Positions 19,006 to 28,325 are shown, counted from the stretch's first letter. The stretch: DNA of 55,913 nt from Candidatus Poribacteria bacterium (GCA_021295755.1 JAGWBT010000004.1:1-55913), one strand, 5' to 3'. Notes: generated by a model not told the origin, from the letters alone. A program made the numbers and translations.

Positions 19006-19662
19006 GTGAACAGAGTAAAAATAGGGGTGCTATATCTATTTTTAGGCGCAGGTGGACTGTGGCACATGCTCAACGTTTTCCAAGAGGTTATGCGAGCACT
19101 TGCTTCGCCAATCATGTTTGGCTTAGGTGTTTGGCTATTTTGGGAATGTTGGCAGATATATTCACAGCGTGAAAGGCTAAAGCTGGCCCTCTGGGGTGTA
19201 GGTATTATTATCGCTAGTTTTGGAATTGAATGGCTTGGTGTACGGACAGGTAAGATTTTTGGTTCGTATGTATATGGACAAACACTACGTCCGTCAATTG
19301 ATGGTGTGCCAATCTCTATTGGAGGTGCTTGGTTTGTAATGCTTATTGCTTCAATGGCTGTTGCCCAAACAATTGCACCGAAATCCGTAGCTAGGAGTCT
19401 TGTTAAGTTGACGTGTTTTGTTGCATTGTTAATGGTTTGTTTCGACCTATTGCTGGAGCCTGCGGCAGTAAAATTGAACTACTGGATATGGGTGAATGAC
19501 CACATTCCTTTGCAGAACTATCTAGCGTGGTTTGGATTGAGTTTTATCTTTACGACGATCGGTTTACGAGTTGGTTTGTTCCATCGCTCGTTACCCCGAA
19601 TCGCCTTTCATTTTTATTTTGCTCAACTCGCTTATTTCGGATTGGTATGCCTGAAAAGTTAA
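19006..19662 (+). CDS. cruF: Carotenoid 1,2-hydratase (CruF/DUF422 family)
   Basis: IEWLGV.TG.IFG.Y.YG..L......VP..IG..WF; FDLLLEP.A....YW.W....IPLQNY.AWF. Confidence 0.85.
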   Translation: MNRVKIGVLYLFLGAGGLWHMLNVFQEVMRALASPIMFGLGVWLFWECWQIYSQRERLKLALWGVGIIIASFGIEWLGVRTGKIFGSYVYGQTLRPSIDGVPISIGGAWFVMLIASMAVAQTIAPKSVARSLVKLTCFVALLMVCFDLLLEPAAVKLNYWIWVNDHIPLQNYLAWFGLSFIFTTIGLRVGLFHRSLPRIAFHFYFAQLAYFGLVCLKS

Positions 19663-19666
19663 AAGT

Positions 19667-20410
19667 ATGAAATCAACAAAAAAAGGCTTATTCATTGGGT
19701 TAACGATTATAGGACTATGGGGATTGAGTCTCTCAATTTTACTCACGTTCAATGTGGCTGATATCAACATTGCGCTAATACCTGTGTGCATAGTTTGTCA
19801 GACATTTCTTTATACCGGTCTGTTCATTACGGCGCACGATGCGATGCACGGTACAGTTTGTCCGACTCATCCATGGGTCAACAATATAATCGGCGCAATT
19901 GCTGTCAGGCTATACGCACTATTCTCATATCGCAAATTACAAGAAAAGCATTGGGAACACCATCGAACACCTGCAAGCGATACGGACCCAGATTTTCACG
20001 ATGGACAACACAGTAGCTTTTTAGTGTGGTATCTCTGTTTTATGAAAACCTACCTGAGTTGGAAACAGGTAATTGGGATGGCGATTGCATTTCAAATCAT
20101 GGAATATGGTTTGGCTATCTCTAGCTTCAACTTGGTTCTGTTTTGGGTCTCTCCTGCGCTACTTAGCACGGTACAGTTATTTTATTTCGGGACATATTTA
20201 CCACACCGAATGCCGGCAGGTGGATATAACAATCCGCACCGTGCACAGAGCAATGCGTATTCTACGTTCTGTTCGTTTATCACCTGCTATCACTTCGGAT
20301 ACCATTGGGAACATCACGAGTATCCATACATTCCATGGTGGAAGCTGCCAACAATACGAAAGATGAAATCTTTGAATCATGTATATCGCCATAGTCGTCC
20401 CATTGGATAA
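19667..20410 (+). CDS. crtW: Beta-ring carotenoid ketolase
   Basis: LYTGLFITAHDAMHG, HWEHH...S..DPDFH, QLFYFGTYLPH, CYHFGYHWEHHEYP..PWWKLP. Confidence 0.9.
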   Translation: MKSTKKGLFIGLTIIGLWGLSLSILLTFNVADINIALIPVCIVCQTFLYTGLFITAHDAMHGTVCPTHPWVNNIIGAIAVRLYALFSYRKLQEKHWEHHRTPASDTDPDFHDGQHSSFLVWYLCFMKTYLSWKQVIGMAIAFQIMEYGLAISSFNLVLFWVSPALLSTVQLFYFGTYLPHRMPAGGYNNPHRAQSNAYSTFCSFITCYHFGYHWEHHEYPYIPWWKLPTIRKMKSLNHVYRHSRPIG

Positions 20411-20443
20411 TCCTCGGTTTTTGGTACAGAGAAAACATCTCCT

Positions 20444-21145
20444 ATGAGTTTAGTAATCACTGCTGTGGTAGGAATTGTAATGATGATGTTACTGCGGCTC
20501 TTCTTTAAGCCACCATTTGGGAAGAATGTTATTCGTTTGGACACGGAGCAACGGTTAGTCGCGCTCACCTTCGATGACGGGCCTCATCCGCCCTACACCG
20601 ATCGGTTACTTGATGTGCTCGCCAAACACAAGGTCAAAGCTACATTCTTCATGATTGGAAATCGGATCGAAAAACATCCCCAAACGGTGCACCGCGTCAT
20701 CGTTGAGGGACATCAGATTGGTAATCATTCCTATAGCCATCCTGTGTTGGGTTTCCGGTTGCCTGCTCGTATTCGACGAGAAATTGAACGCACGGACAGC
20801 CTTCTTCGACAGTTAGGGGCTGCGGGTGAGATCGCGTTTCGTGCACCGATGTTAACAAGATTTCTGCCAGTCGCATGGTTTCTCGCGAAAGCTGATAGAG
20901 CACATATTAGTTGTAATGTGTGGAGTTGGGATTGGACTACCCAGAATCCGGATAGAATTGCCCAAAGGGTATTAAAAAAAACAGGGCCCGGTTCAATAAT
21001 TGTATTACATGATGGAAAAGCGGAAAATGCACATGCGGACCGTGCGGGTACACTCGAAGCAACAGACCGAATTATCACGAAACTCAAACGCAAGAAATAC
21101 CGGTTTTGTACAATTAGGGACGGTTTAAGAGCAGACATCTGTTAA
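20444..21145 (+). CDS. NodB-type polysaccharide deacetylase with N-terminal membrane anchor
   Basis: ALTFDDGP, GNHSYSHP, IIVLHDG motifs; RxPY motif reads RAPM and DxxDW reads SWDW. Confidence 0.85.
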   Translation: MSLVITAVVGIVMMMLLRLFFKPPFGKNVIRLDTEQRLVALTFDDGPHPPYTDRLLDVLAKHKVKATFFMIGNRIEKHPQTVHRVIVEGHQIGNHSYSHPVLGFRLPARIRREIERTDSLLRQLGAAGEIAFRAPMLTRFLPVAWFLAKADRAHISCNVWSWDWTTQNPDRIAQRVLKKTGPGSIIVLHDGKAENAHADRAGTLEATDRIITKLKRKKYRFCTIRDGLRADIC

Positions 21146-21267
21146 GATATAGTCTCAGGAAATTGTGGCAGAGACCTATTTCCGCAGGATTTCTTTACCA
21201 AAAAGTCCTTTAGATTTAGACATCTGATTTTCTGGAGATTTCAATTGGTGCAAAGGAGAAAGGTCGA

Positions 21268-22350
21268 ATGAGTTGGCGCGTTGTAGACCATATAACGATT
21301 TATCGTGAAGAGGGCTGGTACGGTGCCCACCCCAACCTAGTGCGTACACCCAGTGGGAATCTGTTAGTTCTGTTTCATCGTTCACCGTTCGTGGGTTATT
21401 CTCACCACAGTCACCCGTTATTTGATGTCCGTGCCTGTCGCTCAGAGGATGAAGGGCAAACTTGGAGTGATCAACACTTGGTTACCATCGATCCGTTGGG
21501 CGGTGTACTTGACTTCGGTACGCATACCCTTGCGGACGGGAGCATCTTCCTTCACGCTTCCAATGTTGCGCTAGTTCCCGAGGCTGAAGAGCGCGAAGGT
21601 GGCGAATGGGATGCTCACGCGGGTATCCCATTCTGGGTGCGTTCCCAGGATGATGGGCACACTTGGACCGAACCGGTACGCTTCCCACCATTGCCTGATG
21701 CCGTGTGGGGGCATCCTGCGTCTCATTCGGGGATTGCCCGGAGCGGGTTGATACAGATGCCCGACGGACGTTTGCTCTTACCGAGCAAGGCGACCGATCA
21801 TCCGGACGGCTCAATGCCTTTCTTTGGTATGTTGCGGGTGTCAAGGGATATGGGGAGGACGTGGGAGTACGGTGGGCGGATTGCGGAAGACCCTGTTACC
21901 CACTTCAGTGAGCCTGCCATCCATCTCACCCCTAGTGGAAAGATTATCGTTCTCTTTCGATGCCACCCTGGGCCCGGTGCAGCTAGCCGCGAGGTGTGCC
22001 TCGCGTTAGTGGAATCGACCGACGGTGGGGAAACATGGTCTCCGTGGCGACAGACGGCAATCCGCGGCTGCCCCGGTCACATGCTTGGACTGCGGGATGG
22101 GCGTATCTTCACCACTGTCGGGACACGCTGGCCCGGACAGCGGGGTTGCCTAGCACGTATCCTCGAACCGGAGGGAAGTGACTTGGACACCGCACCGGTG
22201 CTTGTTATCCGAAGCGATTCGCACGATTCCGATTGCGGTTATCCTTGGTCAGTTGAACTTGAAGACGGTCGTGTGTTGGTGGTGTATTACTATGTCTATT
22301 CGGATGGCCATCGAGGCATTGAAGGTACGATTGTCGAGGAGGTTTCGTGA
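21268..22350 (+). CDS. Sialidase-fold / BNR (Asp-box) repeat glycosidase
   Basis: Four Asp boxes: SEDEGQTWS, SQDDGHTWT, SRDMGRTWE, STDGGETWS; DCGYP..VELEDG.VLVVYY. Confidence 0.8.
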   Translation: MSWRVVDHITIYREEGWYGAHPNLVRTPSGNLLVLFHRSPFVGYSHHSHPLFDVRACRSEDEGQTWSDQHLVTIDPLGGVLDFGTHTLADGSIFLHASNVALVPEAEEREGGEWDAHAGIPFWVRSQDDGHTWTEPVRFPPLPDAVWGHPASHSGIARSGLIQMPDGRLLLPSKATDHPDGSMPFFGMLRVSRDMGRTWEYGGRIAEDPVTHFSEPAIHLTPSGKIIVLFRCHPGPGAASREVCLALVESTDGGETWSPWRQTAIRGCPGHMLGLRDGRIFTTVGTRWPGQRGCLARILEPEGSDLDTAPVLVIRSDSHDSDCGYPWSVELEDGRVLVVYYYVYSDGHRGIEGTIVEEVS

Positions 22351-22414
22351 TAAAAAGTTGTAGTCGAGAATTCAATTTAATCCGATTTGAACAACTGTAC
22401 CGATTGGAGTAAAT

Positions 22415-23203
22415 ATGAGCGAAACGCTTGATATTCAACTCGCGTGTATGAGTCTGATGTGGGGTGGCGATCTGCCTAACGAAGAGATGCCTGCTTGGAT
22501 TGACGATGTATCGACAGCGGGCTATACGGGTGTTGCCACATTTGAGAGGGTGCTGCTTCGGCTTATTAAGGAGACGGACTTTCTCGAGCGGATAACAGAT
22601 CGTGGACTCCCCGTGGTAAGTGTTGATCTGGTCATAGACCGTGACTTCGATAGGGTCAACCGTGTCTGTGAGGCTATGCAGCAGCTCGGTGCGAAGCATC
22701 TGGTCACGATAGGTGGTTTGGCACAGAAGGGGGCAGACATGAACGAAATCGCTGACCTGCTAAACCAAATTGGCGAGATTGCGCTGACGTATGACGTTCG
22801 TGCCTGCTTCCACAATCACACCCATCACACCGGCGAGACGTTGGAGGAGACTGAGGAGTTGCTACACAAAACAGATCCCACCAAGTTCTTCGGTTTCTTG
22901 GATGTCGGACACGCGACCAAGGATTTTGTGGGGCATCCGGTGGAACAGCGCGCGTCCATCTTCCTTGAGCGAAATTGGGATCGGATCGATTTTCTGGAGT
23001 TTAAGGATTGGTGCGAGGATTTCGACTTAAGGACAGAGGTTGGCGCTGGCGACTGCGACTATGAAGGCGTGTTTCGGATTCTGAGGGAGAAACGTTATTC
23101 GGGCTGGATTACGGTGGAGCAGAATGGTCCGATGGGAGATAAGACTCCATTGGAATGTGCCAAAGCCAGTCGGAATTTTATTCGGCAAGGTTTAGGCGTC
23201 TGA
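22415..23203 (+). CDS. Sugar phosphate isomerase/epimerase, TIM barrel (IolE-like)
   Basis: FHNH......ET..E, LDVGH, LEFKD, VG.GDCDY, YSGWITVEQ. Confidence 0.85.
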   Translation: MSETLDIQLACMSLMWGGDLPNEEMPAWIDDVSTAGYTGVATFERVLLRLIKETDFLERITDRGLPVVSVDLVIDRDFDRVNRVCEAMQQLGAKHLVTIGGLAQKGADMNEIADLLNQIGEIALTYDVRACFHNHTHHTGETLEETEELLHKTDPTKFFGFLDVGHATKDFVGHPVEQRASIFLERNWDRIDFLEFKDWCEDFDLRTEVGAGDCDYEGVFRILREKRYSGWITVEQNGPMGDKTPLECAKASRNFIRQGLGV

Positions 23204-24409
23204 CTTTTCGTTGACCAGTTCATAAACCGTGATATTTTCCCATTTCCGCTTTGTTCTATGGGTCGCCACCCGTTCCTTGAATCGGTGCAAGACGGTTAAA
23301 CCCACAGAGCTGATCATTGCGTCGAGGTGCGCAACGGCTTTTTTGCCGGAGGCATCTGCATACCCAATCAGCACTCGACCTCTTGGGTTGAGGTAACTGG
23401 GAAGGTCGTCGAAAAAGCGTCGAAGGGTCCGTTGTTTTTCGTCGTGGATGGCGATCTCTGCTCGGGTCCGCGGGCGCGAAACCACCCACGGTGCATTGAA
23501 AATAATCAGATCGAAACGAAGTGCTGACACCGGCTGGAAAAGGTCGCCCGCCGGCATGAGTTGGATTTGTGACGGAGCATTGCGCTTATCGGTGAAACGC
23601 AGAAGGTTGAGGCGGGTTGTCGCAACCGCTTCGGGCAGCAGATCCGACGCGTAGATTTTCACTCCCAAATCTCCCACTTCCTGCGCAGCGAGCAGTGTAA
23701 GACACCCGCACCCACAACCCATATCGAGCACCGTTGTACTGTGCGGTAGATGCGGTTTAACGCTTTGCAATCCCTGCTGGAACAGTTCAATCGTTTCCTG
23801 AGAATGGGGTGGAAGCACGTTGTCGGAGGCAACCAGCGGCACCCCGAGCGCACGAATCGGATAAGTCGCTGCAAGTGCCCTTTGAATATTCTGAATCTTG
23901 GCGATGGGTATTAGAAACGGTCGTCCTTCACTTGCGCCCTGATTTTCGCCAATCCATTCAAGGAGATAGGGTAGACTTGGCGGTGGGGTTACTTGTAAGG
24001 TGCCGGTTGGATCTGCCCAGCACATCAAGCGCGACAGTGCTTTTTCCCTTTCTTGTGTGGGATTTACACTCCCCAACCCCGAATGTGATTTGCGTTTCTC
24101 GCTTCCCATTTGGGGTTGCCATCTGTCTTTGTCCCGACCCGACCTTTTTCTGTCCCGCCCACCTTCGCGGGATGGACGAATCATCTCATCCTTTTTCCGT
24201 CCAATGTAATCCATGACCCTCGTCACTTGCTCCCAGTCGCCGGACAGGATTGCTACGCCACCGCGGCGCAGGTGGGTGAAAATTCGATCGAATTGTCCCA
24301 GTTCGCTGCGTGTGAACAGCTTCCATGAAGCGTCTTCTGCGGCAATTTCTCGAAATTGGGTCGGCACGTAAACATCACCGATGTCACCGATCCGGCGAAA
24401 TGGAGGCAT
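23192..24409 (-). CDS. Class I SAM-dependent methyltransferase (MTS/HemK-like) with N-terminal extension
   Basis: VLDMGCGCG, ASDLLPEAV, GDLF.P......DLIIFNAPW. Confidence 0.8.
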   Translation of the reverse strand: MPPFRRIGDIGDVYVPTQFREIAAEDASWKLFTRSELGQFDRIFTHLRRGGVAILSGDWEQVTRVMDYIGRKKDEMIRPSREGGRDRKRSGRDKDRWQPQMGSEKRKSHSGLGSVNPTQEREKALSRLMCWADPTGTLQVTPPPSLPYLLEWIGENQGASEGRPFLIPIAKIQNIQRALAATYPIRALGVPLVASDNVLPPHSQETIELFQQGLQSVKPHLPHSTTVLDMGCGCGCLTLLAAQEVGDLGVKIYASDLLPEAVATTRLNLLRFTDKRNAPSQIQLMPAGDLFQPVSALRFDLIIFNAPWVVSRPRTRAEIAIHDEKQRTLRRFFDDLPSYLNPRGRVLIGYADASGKKAVAHLDAMISSVGLTVLHRFKERVATHRTKRKWENITVYELVNEKSDA

Positions 24410-24448
24410 AGTAGGTAGAAATGGTTGAAGTATATTTTTCTCTGGCGA

Positions 24449-25774
24449 TCAGATGAGCCAGATGTATCGCGCCACGAAAAGCACTGCGAACAGGTAAATC
24501 AGCCAGTGCACCTGTTTCCCTTGACGGGTGACCAGTTTTAGTAGGGCGTAGGAGATGAACCCAAACGCGATTCCTTCCGTGATGCTGATCGTGAGGGGCA
24601 TCAGCAGCAGGGTCAGAAATGCTGGGATAGACTCTGTCGTGTCGTCCCAATCGATGGAGACCACATTTTTGAGCATAAGGCTTCCGACGATAATCAGTGC
24701 CGGGGCAACTATGGGATAGAGGGACGTAGTTTCACTGATGGGGTATCCGGCGCCTACCATTTTGATTAGTGGATTGAAGAATAGAGCGAGCAGCATCAGA
24801 ACCGCTGTCACGATGCTGGTTAGGCCTGTGCGCCCTCCTGCGGAGATCCCCGACGCGCTCTCAATGTAACTGGTAACCGTTGATGTGCCGAGCAGGGCGC
24901 CTGCGCTTGTGGCGACCGCATCAGAGAGCAGTGCCTGTTTGGCTTTCGGCAGCTTGCCATCGACCATAAATCCACCTTGTTCGCCGACACCGACCAACGT
25001 TCCAACGGTATCGAACAGATCCAGGAAAATGAAGATAAAAATGACCGAAATCATCTTCGGGTCTACGAGAATGTTCGGGATCTGGAGTTGGAGGAAGGTG
25101 GGAGCGATGGACGGCGGTGCGGAAACAACCCCTTGAAATTTCACCATGCCGGTGATGAGTCCAACAATGGTTGAGGCAATAATGCCGATCAGGATTGCGC
25201 CTCGCACTTTCAAAGCAAACAGGACAGCTATCACGATCACTCCGAACAGCGAGAGGAGTGCCGGGGGTGATTTCAGATCGCCGAGGGTGACATAGGTTGC
25301 TGGATGGTCGACGATAAGGCCCGCCCATTCCAAGCCTACCAACGCGATGAGCAACCCAATTCCGGCAGGGATGGCGTTCCTCAACGAAACGGGCAGAATA
25401 GTCATCACTTTTTCACGCAAACCGACAAAGAAGAGCAGGATAAACAGCACCCCTGCGATGAAAACGGCACCGAGCGCGTTTTGCCACGATACGCCGAGGG
25501 TGAGACAGACCGTGAAGGCGAAGTAGAAGTTATGTCCCATCCCCGGCGCAAGGGCGATTGGATAGTTGGCGAGCAGTGCCATCAACACCATTGCCAATGC
25601 ACTAGTGATGCAGGTTGCTGCCATCACTGCGCCGGAATCCATCCCCGCCGCCGACAGCACCGCCGGTTGGACGAAGATAATGTAGGACAATGTCATGAAC
25701 GTTGTACAGCCTGCAACAACTTCACGTTTAACAGTTGTTCCTGACTCTTGCAAACGGAACAATTTTTCGAGCAT
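24449..25774 (-). CDS. NCS2/AzgA-family purine permease
   Basis: EVVAGCTTFMT.SYIIFV.P..L, APGMG.N.YFAF, FDTVGTL.GV, GTSTVTSYIESASG...GGRTGL. Confidence 0.9.
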   Translation of the reverse strand: MLEKLFRLQESGTTVKREVVAGCTTFMTLSYIIFVQPAVLSAAGMDSGAVMAATCITSALAMVLMALLANYPIALAPGMGHNFYFAFTVCLTLGVSWQNALGAVFIAGVLFILLFFVGLREKVMTILPVSLRNAIPAGIGLLIALVGLEWAGLIVDHPATYVTLGDLKSPPALLSLFGVIVIAVLFALKVRGAILIGIIASTIVGLITGMVKFQGVVSAPPSIAPTFLQLQIPNILVDPKMISVIFIFIFLDLFDTVGTLVGVGEQGGFMVDGKLPKAKQALLSDAVATSAGALLGTSTVTSYIESASGISAGGRTGLTSIVTAVLMLLALFFNPLIKMVGAGYPISETTSLYPIVAPALIIVGSLMLKNVVSIDWDDTTESIPAFLTLLLMPLTISITEGIAFGFISYALLKLVTRQGKQVHWLIYLFAVLFVARYIWLI

Positions 25775-25791
25775 CAGTTACCTCCTGACGA

Positions 25792-26044
25792 TTATTCGAG
25801 AATCACCTTTCTAAATGTTAGCGATAGCCTACGCTGCCTCTCGTAGGTTTGACCATCCCACTGGTCTGATTTTCTAGGGGCAATACCGTGTAACCACTCA
25901 TATCTAGCTTCATCTCTCAATACAATAATACTTCTTGGTGCAAGCCAGACAGGATTTTTTTGCCTTGTCACGTTTGTTCGTGAAGTCGATAACATAACCC
26001 AAACTCAAAGAAACAATCATATTTGCAAAACAAGGTTCACAATC
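25792..26044 (-). pseudogene. 5'-truncated, frameshifted AlkB-like 2OG-Fe(II) oxygenase
   Basis: Frame 1: DCEPCFANMIVSLSLG.VIDFTNKRDKAKK; after a shift in the A7 run: PVWLAPRSIIVLRDEARYEWLHGIAPRK...RQRRLSLTFR (distal His and RxSxTFR 2OG-binding motif); the His of HxD is gone. Confidence 0.75.
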
Positions 26045-26577
26045 TCATCTATACTGGGTGAGTATTGCCCTTCTGTTGAGACATGAACTGTGGGCACGTT
26101 GAAATCTGGCGCCATATAGTTACCAGGGGGCGACATTACACCAGTTTTCCTGTAGACTTCAACGCGCTTATCGCCGTGGTAGAACTCCCGGCTTGGATCC
26201 TCCAGGCCGCGCTGGAGATGGCGCTCTGCTGCCACCATCCCGTCAACGGAGCATACAACAATGAAAGGATCGCCCAATTCAAGGATTTTGGGCATCCTTG
26301 GTTCCCAGACCTTGTGCTGAAAGGCCGCTTCTATGACGACAGAGATCTTACCGGCGAGGTACTGATTCACTATCTCGAAGAAGAAATTGGTGACCACACC
26401 ATTGGTGTCCGGTGGAAGTTGATCGTGCTTGACACCATGGGTGTTGACATAGCCCTCCTTGATTTCGTCGCGACTGATGACCGGCATCCACAGTCGTTCA
26501 GCGAGTTTCTTGGATAGACTTGTTTTCCCTGAGCCCGGACGGCCTGTGACGATAATGCATTTGGGTTTACTGCTCAT
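26017..26577 (-). CDS. P-loop kinase / AAA_33-like protein
   Basis: IIVTGRPGSGKTSL...LAE.L..P.ISRDEIKE, VVIEA.F. Confidence 0.85.
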   Translation of the reverse strand: MSSKPKCIIVTGRPGSGKTSLSKKLAERLWMPVISRDEIKEGYVNTHGVKHDQLPPDTNGVVTNFFFEIVNQYLAGKISVVIEAAFQHKVWEPRMPKILELGDPFIVVCSVDGMVAAERHLQRGLEDPSREFYHGDKRVEVYRKTGVMSPPGNYMAPDFNVPTVHVSTEGQYSPSIDEIVNLVLQI

Positions 26578-26619
26578 GTTTCTGGATACCCTTCTGAATA
26601 CCCTCCCAAGTTTGAATAC

Positions 26620-26646
26620 GAATAGGCGGTATATCTCCGTCTATTC
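26620..26646. repeat. Hairpin upstream of the kinase gene
   Basis: gaataggcgg-tatatct-ccgtctattc, 10-bp stem with one G-T. Confidence 0.45.
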
Positions 26647-26700
26647 TGAAGATATGCTGAATCAAATGACTTTTCAAACAGGTTCTAAGTCAATTTACCT

Positions 26701-26864
26701 TAGAAGTTACGCACTTCCGTAGGGAATAACGATCGTTATTCCCTACACACTCCTTGATGGTGCTCCCACTGTAGTTACCCGATTCATCGGGTGTTGGACA
26801 TTGTGTTCTGCGGCGATTCATCGCCGAACTACAGGGTTTTGAGCACTCAACTGCGTAAGGCCTA
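26701..26864. mobile_element. Second MITE copy (164 bp, opposite orientation) with different REP cargo
   Basis: 28/36 identity to the first 36 bp of the 557..722 copy and 16/17 at the other end; contains a perfect 28-bp palindrome (26719-26746) and an inverted GTAGT-REP doublet (26771-26832). Confidence 0.7.
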
Positions 26865-26883
26865 TTACTTATTGAAAAGTATA

Positions 26884-28305
26884 TCAATGTTGCCTGTTTT
26901 GTGTCAATTTCTCCAATAAATCCTCCAATCCCGCACTCAAAACAACAGGATATTCGTCCGCCTTCGTCAATCTTTTATAGAATACGGGCAGCCTCGCTAG
27001 CTCGGTTTTTGCTGTTGCCTGCATCGCAGCCAAGTCAGGGAATGAATAGACTAGCTCACCCTTGTTAATTACCGGCACGAGCAGCGGCTCACTGTTTTGG
27101 AGATCTTCCTCCCAGAGACCGATCACATCCTTAACGTAATTTCCATCATCATCGTATATGCGATGGAGCTGCTTTCTGCCGGGAAGGGTTGATTTGCCTG
27201 TTTCCTCGCTTAACTTCATGGTGACAGTAGCCTTCTCGTCCTCGATTCGCTCGACATGCTTGTAGACACCGGGCAGCGCCGATGGACCACCTTCACCGGT
27301 GAGCGGGTTGAAATTTGCTCCCGTTGCCAAACGGGTGCCAACGCCGAAACCGTCAATCGGGGCACCTGCAGCCAATAGTTTATCAATCTGAAATTCGTCA
27401 AGGTCGTTGCTAGCGAAGATCTGTACATCGTGCAGCCCCGCCTCGTCGAAGATTGCTCGCACCGCCTTGCTTAGTGTTAGCAGATCACCACTATCAAGCC
27501 GAACCCCTCTCAGTTGTGCACCTCTTGCCTGCATCTCTTTTCCAACAATACAGGCGTTTTTTGCGCCTTGAATGGTATCGTAGGTGTCGATCAGGAGGAG
27601 GGTGTTGTGTGGGAAAGATTTTGCATAGTCTCGAAACGCCGCTAGTTCAGACGAACGGTCCATGATGAACTTGTGTGCAGTTGTCCCGACGTAAGGGATG
27701 TCGAAGTATTGACCCGCAATGACGAGGGACGTACCGGCAGCACCACCAATGAATGATGCCCGTGCAGCCAGAATGCCGGCATCTCGCCCATGCGCCCTGC
27801 GCGCTCCGAAGTCGAAACAGGTGCGTCCGCGTGCTGCATGAACAATCCGCGCGGTTTTCGTGGCGATTAACGTCTGGAAATTCATCACGTTGAGGAGATA
27901 GGTCTCGAAGATCTGGATGTCGATAGATCTGCCTGTTACATTGATCAGCGGCTCGTTTGCGAAGACGGGTGTCCCTTCAGGCACCGCATAGACATCGCCA
28001 TCGAATTTGAAGTGACGCAGGTAATCAAGGAAATCATCGCTCATATCCGGCGTCGCCTTGCTTTCCTTCAGCCATTTGAGATCTGCATCGGTAAAGCGCA
28101 GGTTCAAGATGTAGTGGATCACCTGCTCCAGTCCTGCCGTAATCATATACTCGCCCTGCGGAATGAAGCGGACGAAGTAGTTCTCAGTGCAGATTGCGTT
28201 GTTCCCACTGTCAAAATCCGCCTTGCCCATGGTGAATTCATAATAGTCAGCGAACAGTGCCATATTCGATTCGGTGAGGAGACCGGATTGGAGTGCTTTG
28301 GTCAT
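26884..28305 (-). CDS. pncB: Nicotinate phosphoribosyltransferase
   Basis: DYYEFTM, DFGARRAHG, GTTAH.F, LLIDTYD, GVRLDSGDL, ASNDLDE, FGVGT.L. Confidence 0.95.
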   Translation of the reverse strand: MTKALQSGLLTESNMALFADYYEFTMGKADFDSGNNAICTENYFVRFIPQGEYMITAGLEQVIHYILNLRFTDADLKWLKESKATPDMSDDFLDYLRHFKFDGDVYAVPEGTPVFANEPLINVTGRSIDIQIFETYLLNVMNFQTLIATKTARIVHAARGRTCFDFGARRAHGRDAGILAARASFIGGAAGTSLVIAGQYFDIPYVGTTAHKFIMDRSSELAAFRDYAKSFPHNTLLLIDTYDTIQGAKNACIVGKEMQARGAQLRGVRLDSGDLLTLSKAVRAIFDEAGLHDVQIFASNDLDEFQIDKLLAAGAPIDGFGVGTRLATGANFNPLTGEGGPSALPGVYKHVERIEDEKATVTMKLSEETGKSTLPGRKQLHRIYDDDGNYVKDVIGLWEEDLQNSEPLLVPVINKGELVYSFPDLAAMQATAKTELARLPVFYKRLTKADEYPVVLSAGLEDLLEKLTQNRQH

Positions 28306-28325
28306 CGTTCAATTCCCTTGGCTTG

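Noticed and set aside
11253-21145. Rhodopsin/retinal (blh) module associated with the crt genes
   Set aside because: No 7-TM opsin or Blh-like ORF is in the window; the antenna idea remains untested.
25775-25800. Purine riboswitch upstream of the NCS2 permease
   Set aside because: Only 17 bp separate the permease from the alkB remnant, leaving no room for an aptamer.
26581-26604. 12-bp tandem duplication tctg(g/a)ataccct just upstream of the kinase start
   Set aside because: Two copies only; most simply a slippage duplication around the RBS.
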